Source: a bacterium (GTDB taxonomy: Bacteria; Krumholzibacteriota; Krumholzibacteriia; G020349025). From it: DNA of 11,136 bases. This document shows, piece by piece, positions 1-8,487 of this stretch (positions are counted from its first letter, which is position 1; each line of letters starts with the position of its first letter). The translations under genes were made by a program, and so were the position numbers. The stretch is taken from contig JANLSU010000063.1 in assembly GCA_031362565.1 (NCBI GenBank), positions 1 through 11,136 of the forward strand. The letters are read 5' to 3'. The notes beneath the pieces are model-generated. The model was not told the DNA's origin and ran no database searches. It was given only the letters and a program-made list of their open reading frames with translations.

Positions 1-107
1 GTGGGACCCCCGCCCGCTCAGACAGAACGGGCCGCGCCGCGCGCTTCGCGCGCAATATGAGATGCGCGAGCCCGTTAACTCGCGTTCGGGGGTCCCACAC
101 CCCCGAA
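1..107. repeat. REP/MITE-like palindromic element, probably continuing off the left edge
   Basis: Perfect 12-bp inverted repeat GTGGGACCCCCG (1-12) / CGGGGGTCCCAC (87-98). The right arm can alternatively form a 9-bp hairpin, TTCGGGGGT (85-93) / ACCCCCGAA (99-107). Confidence 0.5.
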
Positions 108-242
108 GACGTGCTCCTACCCGGAGTCGGACTCGGATTCAGTCGGACGGATAACGTCGGGACAGTTCTCACTTCGCCCACGGCTCGAGGGCCACACGGG
201 TCGAAAACGTCTGCGCTTTCACTTCGACGGACAACGTCAGTT

Positions 243-338
243 GAGCAACCTAGCGTTCGCAAGCGGGCGCTGAATGCCAACGACTCGTGCTACCGCTAAT
301 ATGCCCCAGCGCCCGGCGCGTCCCACGCGCTGTTAGAC
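243..338 (+). mobile_element. Degenerate integron attC (or attI-like) site ending in R' core GTTAGAC
   Basis: GTTRRRY core GTTAGAC at 332-338; 9-bp inverted repeat CGGGCGCTG (264-272) / CAGCGCCCG (307-315); GCGT (253-256) / ACGC (325-328). R'' is poor (GAGCAAC 243-249). GTTAGAC is the exact reverse complement of the next R'' (GTCTAAC, 735-741). Confidence 0.55.
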
Positions 339-411
339 TGCGGATCGGCCAGAAAAAGCTGGGCCCGACGGTTGTCTTGCAAAATCATCAGTTCCGGGCC
401 ATCCTATTCTC

Positions 412-813
412 ATGCCGACCGTACTGCGCGTAGGGCCACATTTGCCGAATGAGTTCCTCCCGCCACGCGCGGAGCAGGTTCGTGTGACGCGTGATTCGCT
501 GGTGGTTGATCTTCGGGACGGGCGCACAATTACGGTTCCGCTTTCTTGGTACCCGCGGCTGCATCACGGGTTGGCCCGTGAGCGCGCCAACTGGCGGCTC
601 ATTGCCGGCGGAGAGGGCATCCACTGGCCGAACCTTGACGCGGATATCAGCGTCGAGGGTCTCCTGGCCGGTAGTCTGTCCGGTGAAAGCCAGGCGTCGT
701 TTCAGGCCTGGCTGTCAGGCCGTCGTAAGCGCGGGTCTAACAGCGTGCTACAGCCGACGGCGCGCAAGGCTCGTGCTCGTTCGGTTTCGTCGCGTTCGCG
801 GCGTCGCGGCTGA
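412..813 (+). CDS. DUF2442 family protein (putative antitoxin) with a DUF4160-like N-terminal stub; reads through into attC
   Basis: Typical DUF2442 sequence: LVVDLRDGRTITVPLSWYPRL...NWRLIAGGEGIHWPNLDADISVEGLLAG..SGESQASF. N-terminal MPTVLRVGP resembles DUF4160 starts. The tail SNSVLQPTARK... is translated attC DNA. Confidence 0.85.
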   Translation: MPTVLRVGPHLPNEFLPPRAEQVRVTRDSLVVDLRDGRTITVPLSWYPRLHHGLARERANWRLIAGGEGIHWPNLDADISVEGLLAGSLSGESQASFQAWLSGRRKRGSNSVLQPTARKARARSVSSRSRRRG

Positions 814-830
814 GCACGTCGTCGTTAGGC
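735..830 (+). mobile_element. Integron attC recombination site (96 bp)
   Basis: R'' GTCTAAC (735-741) and R' GTTAGGC (824-830). CGTGCT-A-CAGCCG-A-CG (744-759) pairs with CG-CGGCTG-AGCACG (805-818), leaving two extrahelical bases. Lies between two short same-strand ORFs. Confidence 0.9.
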
Positions 831-870
831 GGCCGGGGCGTATGTCCCGCCCTTGCGGACGGAGGCAGAA

Positions 871-1263
871 ATGACGATACGCCTCGACGCGGTTCACCCG
901 GTCCTGATGTCAAGCGACGTCGGGGCGTCCATCGCATTCTACGAGTCACTTGGCTTTCGGGAGTCGTTTCGCGACCAGCCAGACACGCCGATGTACGCGG
1001 GGGTGACGCGAGACGACGTCACGCTGCACCTCCAGTGGAATGCGGAGGCGCAGCGAGTCGGCAATCACGATCGGCCAACTTATCGCTTCGTATGCCTCGA
1101 CGTCGACGACCTCTATGACTCGTTTGTCAGCGCCGGCGCGGTTTCTCAGGCGCCCCAGGCAGGCAGTCCGTGGTCGAGGCCTGGGGAGACGCCATGGGGT
1201 ACTCGAGAGTTTCACCTGCGCGACCCAGACGGCAACGGCTTGCAGTTCTATCGTGTTCTATGA
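871..1263 (+). CDS. VOC family (glyoxalase/bleomycin-resistance-like) protein, cassette gene
   Basis: PVLMSSDVGASIAFYESLGF...TPWGTREFHLRDPDGNGLQF is a classic VOC pattern. GGAGG at 861-865 favours ATG 871 over the track's start at 853. Confidence 0.88.
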   Translation: MTIRLDAVHPVLMSSDVGASIAFYESLGFRESFRDQPDTPMYAGVTRDDVTLHLQWNAEAQRVGNHDRPTYRFVCLDVDDLYDSFVSAGAVSQAPQAGSPWSRPGETPWGTREFHLRDPDGNGLQFYRVL

Positions 1264-1305
1264 GAGACGCAAGCGCGTGTCGGCCGCAGTTGAAGTCGAT
1301 CACTA

Positions 1306-1434
1306 ACCAAGTTCGCGGAGGCGGTCTACGTACTGCACGCGTTCGAAAAGCGGACGCAAAGGACTCCGAAAGCCGAGGTCGATGCTGCGAAAAGACGCCT
1401 CGTAGAGTTGATGCGAATGCGGCGTGATACCTAG
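1306..1434 (+). pseudogene. 3' remnant of RelE/HigB (Gp49-like) toxin gene
   Basis: Manual translation from 1309: KFAEAVYVLHAFEKRTQRTPKAEVDAAKRRLVELMRMRRDT*, the typical C-terminal half of Gp49/HigB toxins. In-frame TGA at 1291-1293 with no start codon between it and the homologous segment. Directly upstream of the antitoxin; absent from the ORF track. Confidence 0.85.
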
Positions 1435-1444
1435 GGAGGTTCAC

Positions 1445-1744
1445 ATGGCGATGCGAGTGCGCAAATCCTCGGGCAACGTGTTTCGCGACCTCGGATACTC
1501 GCCCGAAGACGCTGATAATTTGAGAGTGCGTTCCGAGCTGCTGATCAGCCTCACCGGGTTGATCGAGTCTCGAGGCCTCACACAAGCACAGGCCGCGAAG
1601 CTCCTTGGGGTCAGCCAGCCCCGGGTCAGCGATCTAATGCGCGGAAAAATTCAACTCTTCAGTGTCGACGGCCTCATTGAAATGCTCGGGCGTGCAGGCG
1701 CCCAGGTGACGTTTGTCGTCAAGCACCGCAAGCGAGTTGCCTAA
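1445..1744 (+). CDS. higA: XRE/HTH antitoxin (HigA-like, HTH_37-type)
   Basis: SSGNVFRDLG..LTQAQAAKLLGVSQPRVSDLMRGKIQLFSVDGLIEML. RBS GGAGGT at 1435-1440 precedes ATG 1445. Toxin-first gene order. Confidence 0.88.
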   Translation: MAMRVRKSSGNVFRDLGYSPEDADNLRVRSELLISLTGLIESRGLTQAQAAKLLGVSQPRVSDLMRGKIQLFSVDGLIEMLGRAGAQVTFVVKHRKRVA

Positions 1745-1762
1745 CGACCTAGCGTTCGCGCG
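1739..1762 (+). mobile_element. Truncated attC left arm (R'' only)
   Basis: GCCTAAC (1739-1745) overlaps the higA stop codon, as cassette R'' sites often do. It is followed by ACCTAGCGTTCGC (1747-1759), identical to 248-260 in the upstream degenerate site. No matching R' is visible downstream. Confidence 0.5.
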
Positions 1763-2100
1763 CAGGTGGGCGGAAAAAGGTTTGCGTGAAATGTGGTGGA
1801 GGGCTCCCGCTTGACCAGCAGGTCGGCGTAGTGGCGCTCTTGCATTCCGTGGCACGTGACGTAGAGATCCCGACCTTCGCGGCCGACGAGCTCCTTTGTT
1901 TCACCGCGCAAGGGATGTCCCGGATTCTTCCCGACCACGAGAATCTTTACCGGCACTTCCTGAAAGAAGAATCCGCGCGGTGGGATTCCGCCCAGGATAT
2001 CCTTCCAAGTTCCCGGGCACTGGGCAATCGTGTTCGCACAGTTCATGCACTCTGTATACAGGGTCTGAGCTTCATGATGCGACGGCAGCGGGCTAGACAT
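1741..2100 (-). pseudogene. Probably 3'-truncated uracil-DNA glycosylase-like protein
   Basis: CxxC..C (CMNC...QC) followed by KILVVGKNPG resembles the N-terminus/motif A of UDG-superfamily proteins (e.g. family 4 FVGEAPG). Only 119 aa, no motif B seen, and the last residues come from the antisense of the attC remnant. Confidence 0.45.
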
Positions 2101-2119
2101 GTCGACTTCCCATGGCAGC

Positions 2120-2713
2120 CTAGCGCGCCAGGGGCGCGTTACGATGTTGGGGTTGGCTGCCCGACAGGATCAGTTTGATGCTCGACCAGCTCCGACTTTC
2201 CATGTGCACGGGCGGGGCGTAGGTGCGGAACGCGAAGTCGCGATCGAAATAGAGAGCGCCACCGCAGTTGTAGGCCTCACCGCGCGGGTACGGATCACCG
2301 AAACCAAACGCCCACCAGGAACGGGGCTGCACCCACTCGATGACGTAGTCGGTGCCGGGCACGACGTCGAGGGGCGGCGAGAAGGCCGCCACGGCCCAGC
2401 CGGCGGCGGTCGCGAGCACTGTCGCCTCTGCCAGGACGATGCCCTCGGGTGCACCCGCGTGCACGCGCACGTGGATGGCCTCACCGCCGACCGGCACGTC
2501 GCGGATATCGAGAGCACACGCTGCGAGTGGGGTGAATTGCGGCTGAAAACTCTGGAACAGGCCGCCAGCGGCGGCGCAGCGCGAGTAACCGTCGGTCGCC
2601 GGCGCGTTCTCCTGATCGAGCACTTCGGCTGGAGCGCCTGGAACATGGAGCAGCAAGGCGAGCGCCGCGGCGGCGGCGAGGCGCAGGGAGTGCGCGCTGA
2701 ACGGCAAGGGCAT
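2120..2713 (-). CDS. Secreted hypothetical protein (197 aa) with PVHMESRSWSSIK C-terminal motif
   Basis: GAGGTG RBS (2721-2726, minus strand) before ATG 2713. Signal peptide MPLPFSAHSLRLAAAAALALLLHVPGAPA|EVLDQ; beta-rich body. The track's extension to 3316 crosses the repeat array and an opposite-strand gene. Confidence 0.75.
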   Translation of the reverse strand: MPLPFSAHSLRLAAAAALALLLHVPGAPAEVLDQENAPATDGYSRCAAAGGLFQSFQPQFTPLAACALDIRDVPVGGEAIHVRVHAGAPEGIVLAEATVLATAAGWAVAAFSPPLDVVPGTDYVIEWVQPRSWWAFGFGDPYPRGEAYNCGGALYFDRDFAFRTYAPPVHMESRSWSSIKLILSGSQPQHRNAPLAR

Positions 2714-2829
2714 CTCGACCCACCTCGTTTCGCGCTCGCAAACGGGGCGCGGGAATCGCGAGCGGCGCGTCCAGGAATCTAGCGCACGTCCCGTCGCAAC
2801 GCGAGCCCCGCCTACACGGTGGGGGCCCC

Positions 2830-2933
2830 GCAGGACGGGTTGGCAGGACGGGTTGGCAGGACGGCTCGACAGGACGGCCCCGAACGACGGCCTCGCAGGA
2901 CGGCTCTGCCGGACGGGTCTGCAGTACGCCTCC
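2830..2933. repeat. Tandem array of 8 x 13-bp degenerate units (consensus GCAGGACGGNYYN)
   Basis: Units in exact 13-bp register: gcaggacgggttg, gcaggacgggttg, gcaggacggctcg, acaggacggcccc, gaacgacggcctc, gcaggacggctct, gccggacgggtct, gcagtacgcctcc. Confidence 0.9.
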
Positions 2934-3091
2934 GCCCTTTGCGGACTCACCGTGTCCGCACCTGGCGGCTGCCGCCCGTCGTGCGTATCGTTTGGATGGA
3001 GTCGCGCAGCCCCGCCCGGCGCGCCGCTCCGCAGTCCCCGGCTCCTCCGAATGAGGGGGCTGCGCGGATCGGAAGAATAGCGAGGTGGCCG

Positions 3092-3280
3092 ATGAGAATC
3101 GAATTGGACGAGCGGGATGTGGGGACCTTGGCCGCGACCTTGCGGGCCTACTTGCCCGACCTGCGGCGCGAGGTCTCGCGCACCGATGACAAGACCGTGC
3201 GCCACCAACTCGCCGAGCGGCAGGACCTTTGTGAACGGTTGCTGGCGCAGGTCGAGAGTGTGGTCGCGACGCACCGGTGA
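3092..3280 (+). CDS. Small helical hypothetical protein (62 aa)
   Basis: RBS GAGGTGG (3082-3088), ATG 3092. MRIELDERDVGTLAATLRAYLPDLRREVSRTDDKTVRHQLAERQDLCERLLAQVESVVATHR is amphipathic and protein-like; followed by a terminator. Confidence 0.75.
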   Translation: MRIELDERDVGTLAATLRAYLPDLRREVSRTDDKTVRHQLAERQDLCERLLAQVESVVATHR

Positions 3281-3321
3281 CAGGTCGCTGCGCGGATCGC
3301 TTACAGCGGGCCCCAAACGAC

Positions 3322-3357
3322 GACGGCCGCCCCAACGCTGGGGCGGCCGTCTCTTTT
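3322..3357 (+). terminator. Intrinsic terminator between convergent genes, possibly bidirectional
   Basis: 13-bp perfect stem GACGGCCGCCCCA / TGGGGCGGCCGTC with loop ACGC, followed by TCTTTT on +. Weaker tail (GTCGTTT) on -, downstream of the hppA stop. Confidence 0.8.
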
Positions 3358-3376
3358 CGAACCCGAACTAGTCCGC

Positions 3377-5848
<2,472 letters not shown>

Positions 5849-6021
5849 GTGCACCTCTCTCCTTGGCTCGATAGAGCACGACACAACCCGGACGCGGGAC
5901 GCGGCCGGAATCGAGTTTTGGAGGGGTTGGCCGCCCGCCGGCCGGCGGACGCTTCAGCACCCAACAGCTTCCGCCCCCGGGATGGAGTTGTGGAGATCTC
6001 CCAAAGGCCATGAGCCTGGGG

Positions 6022-6055
6022 GTTATACCAGCCTACGGGGGGGCCTGTCGACAGG
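6022..6055 (-). promoter_or_regulatory. Candidate sigma70-type promoter for hppA with overlapping palindrome
   Basis: Minus strand TCGACA (6051-6046), 18-bp spacer, TG-extended TATAAC (6027-6022). Perfect palindrome CCTGTCGACAGG (6044-6055) covers the -35. Confidence 0.5.
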
Positions 6056-6124
6056 GACGGCGGCCGGGCGGGCGCGGCGCGACGTGGCGGCGGTCGGAGC
6101 CTCCAGACTCCCCCGGCAGGCGGG

Positions 6125-6153
6125 TTGACTTGCGTCCGGAAGCCGCCCAGATT
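6125..6153 (+). promoter_or_regulatory. Candidate sigma70-type promoter for the lipoprotein gene
   Basis: TTGACT (6125-6130), 17-bp spacer, CAGATT (6148-6153), about 55 bp upstream of ATG 6208. Confidence 0.45.
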
Positions 6154-6207
6154 GGGAGTGCCACCCAGCAGCAGGTTTCCTATAGCCGTTTGACGCGGAG
6201 GAGATCG

Positions 6208-6717
6208 ATGGCGCTCGAGGCTCGGGATTCGCGAGCGGCCGACCGCCGGATTCGGCCCCGGCTGGCCCTCGGTGCGACGCTAGCAGCGCTCACCGCGCTC
6301 AGCACCTCGTGCTTGTTCTCGACCGCAACCCCAAAGACGGCGGACCCGGGTGCGCCGGGGGGCGCGAGCCCAGAGGCGGTCGTCACCGGGCTGGTGCAGC
6401 TCGTAGACCGCCGCGACCTGCATGTCCGCAAGGCGGAGAACTGGACCGTGCGGGCAATCTGGATCGTGCGCGATCGGAACGGTGACGGCGTGCCCGACAC
6501 CGGTTGGATTCAGTTCACCCATACGGGCAGCGATGGCGTGTTTCGGGTGGCGTATAACAACCGCGAAACGTTGCGCGTCGAACTCTATGCGCTCAATTGC
6601 AACGTCGATCCGACCGACACAACGGCGTTTCAATGGACAGCGGTCGAAACCACCGCGATCCTGCCCGGCGAACACGTTCACAACGATCTCGCGGTGCCGT
6701 GCGACCACGTGCCGTGA
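6208..6717 (+). CDS. Probable lipoprotein, hypothetical (169 aa), with Dx[DN]xDG Ca-binding-like loop
   Basis: RBS GGAGGAG (6197-6203). Arg-rich n-region, hydrophobic stretch, lipobox-like LSTS-C, Pro/Gly linker, DRNGDGVPD motif and two further Cys. Confidence 0.7.
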   Translation: MALEARDSRAADRRIRPRLALGATLAALTALSTSCLFSTATPKTADPGAPGGASPEAVVTGLVQLVDRRDLHVRKAENWTVRAIWIVRDRNGDGVPDTGWIQFTHTGSDGVFRVAYNNRETLRVELYALNCNVDPTDTTAFQWTAVETTAILPGEHVHNDLAVPCDHVP

Positions 6718-6736
6718 CAAACGCGCGCCCCGCGCC

Positions 6737-8467
6737 CTACATCAGCCGCCGCAACCCGCTCCGCATGCCGGCGATCCCGGTAATGCCGCCCACTGCCGTA
6801 ATGAGCGCTCCCCAGAGGGCGCGCGCGTGGCCTTCGTTCGTAGCATCGGCGATCGCACCGAACAGTTCGTGCACGCGCACCCCGTGCGGCATCACGAACT
6901 GGCCGATGGCTCCCACAAAGAAGCCGACGGCCGCCACCTGCAACGCGAGCGGCGTCTTCACGGCGGCACCGGCGCCGCGCGACAACACGCTGTGCGTGTG
7001 CCCGTAGCCCGCGTAGACCGACATCCCGAGCAGGAGCCAGCCGAAGAAGCGCCACCACGAAGCGGGTGGCAGATAGCACGCCAGGAACAAACACGACGCG
7101 ACGCCGAGCAACGGCAGCAAGTACGGGCCGAACGGCACGCGGAACGGCCGCACGCGCCCCGGGTCTTTGTGTCGCAGGATCGGAATCCCGATGCACACCA
7201 GGATGAACGCGAACAGCGTGCCGATGTTGGTCAAGTCGACCATCTCGTCGATGCTCGCGACGCCCGCGAACAAGCCGACCGCCACACCGGTCAAGATCGT
7301 CGTCACATGCGGGGTCTTGAAGCGCGGGTGCACCTTGGCGAAGGCCGGCGGTAGCAAACCATCGCGCGCCATCGAGAAGAAGATGCGCGGCTGGCCCAAC
7401 TGAAACACGAGCAAGACCGCCGTGTGCGCCACGACCGAACCAAAGGCCACAATCGTCGTCGCCCATGTGGCGCCCGGCGCCGCATGTTGCAGCGCCATCG
7501 TCAGCGGCTCCGCCTGCTCGCTCGACAAGCGTGACTTCAACTCGGCATACGGGATCATGCCGGTGAAAACCGCCGCGACCACGATATAGAGCACCGTACA
7601 CACGGCCAGTGACGTTAGAATGCCGATTGGCAAATCGCGGCTCGGGTTGCGCGTCTCTTCGGCCACCGTCGACACGGCATCGAAGCCGATATACGCGAAG
7701 AAAACCACCGCCGCCCCGGCCAGCGTGCCGTGCCAGCCGTTCGGCTGAAAGGGAATCCAGTTCTGGCGCATCTGGGCCGGCGACACGAACTTGAGCGCCA
7801 CCACAATAAAGAAGAGCAAGACGAGAATCTTGACCAACACCATGCCGGCGTTGAAACGCGCCGACTCGCGGATGCCCCACACGAGCACCACCGTCAAGAT
7901 CGCCACGATCCCGAATGCCAAAACATTGAACACGATCGGCACGCCAAAGATATGCGGTGCGCTGTCCAACAGACCGGGAATCTTCCCAGCCGTCCGGTAG
8001 TCGATCGCCAGCCACTGCGGAATATCGATGCCGATGTTACCGAGCAACGTCCGGAAATAATTCGCCCAACTGATCGCCACCGCGACATTGCCGATCGCGT
8101 ACTCGATGATGAGATCCCAGCCGATGATCCAAGCAATGAGTTCGCCGAGCGTCGCATACGAATAGGTGTACGCCGACCCCGAGATCGGCACCATCGACGC
8201 AAATTCCGCATAGCAGAGTGCCGTGAAGGCGCAAACAACGGCCGTAATCGTGAACGACAGCATGAGCGACGGCCCGGCGCCCGGCCGCACGGCGTCCCCC
8301 GCCGCGCCAGTCCCAATGGTCGCAAAGATGCCGGCGCCGATGATGGCGCCGATGCCGAGCAGCGTCACATTGAAGGCGCCGAGCGAGCGCCGCAACGCAT
8401 GCTGCGGTTCGGCCGCGGCCGCCAAGATGGCGTTCAGGCTCTTGATCCGGAACAGCCGTCGGAGCAT
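6737..8467 (-). CDS. APC superfamily amino acid permease (YhdG/YfnA, CAT-like), 576 aa
   Basis: LGIGAIIGAGIF, YAEFASMVPISGSAYTYSY, FFAYIGFDAVSTVAEE, QPRIFFSMARDGLLP. RBS GAGGGGG before ATG 8467; the track's 1139-aa ORF is over-extended. Confidence 0.95.
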   Translation of the reverse strand: MLRRLFRIKSLNAILAAAAEPQHALRRSLGAFNVTLLGIGAIIGAGIFATIGTGAAGDAVRPGAGPSLMLSFTITAVVCAFTALCYAEFASMVPISGSAYTYSYATLGELIAWIIGWDLIIEYAIGNVAVAISWANYFRTLLGNIGIDIPQWLAIDYRTAGKIPGLLDSAPHIFGVPIVFNVLAFGIVAILTVVLVWGIRESARFNAGMVLVKILVLLFFIVVALKFVSPAQMRQNWIPFQPNGWHGTLAGAAVVFFAYIGFDAVSTVAEETRNPSRDLPIGILTSLAVCTVLYIVVAAVFTGMIPYAELKSRLSSEQAEPLTMALQHAAPGATWATTIVAFGSVVAHTAVLLVFQLGQPRIFFSMARDGLLPPAFAKVHPRFKTPHVTTILTGVAVGLFAGVASIDEMVDLTNIGTLFAFILVCIGIPILRHKDPGRVRPFRVPFGPYLLPLLGVASCLFLACYLPPASWWRFFGWLLLGMSVYAGYGHTHSVLSRGAGAAVKTPLALQVAAVGFFVGAIGQFVMPHGVRVHELFGAIADATNEGHARALWGALITAVGGITGIAGMRSGLRRLM

Positions 8468-8487
8468 CGTCCCCCCTCGGTTCGCGG

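Noticed and set aside
138..240. Imperfect direct repeat GACGGATAACGTC / GACGGACAACGTC about 80 bp apart, and ORF 57-299
   Set aside because: Only two short copies and no supportable function; the ORF has no RBS or recognisable motif.
2114..2161. Inverted repeat GGCAGCC/GGCTGCC with an inner hairpin as an inverted attC
   Set aside because: Too short, the core would be GCTAGGC rather than GTTRRRY, and no L-box pattern is present.
1786..2178. 130-aa + strand ORF as another cassette gene
   Set aside because: No RBS or recognisable motif; it is antisense to the more protein-like UDG-like ORF.
1..2200. Integron integrase or transposase gene
   Set aside because: No tyrosine recombinase or transposase motifs in any listed ORF; intI, if present, lies outside the window.
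2830..2933. Possible CRISPR array
   Set aside because: Units are contiguous 13-mers with no unique spacers, and there are no cas genes in the window.
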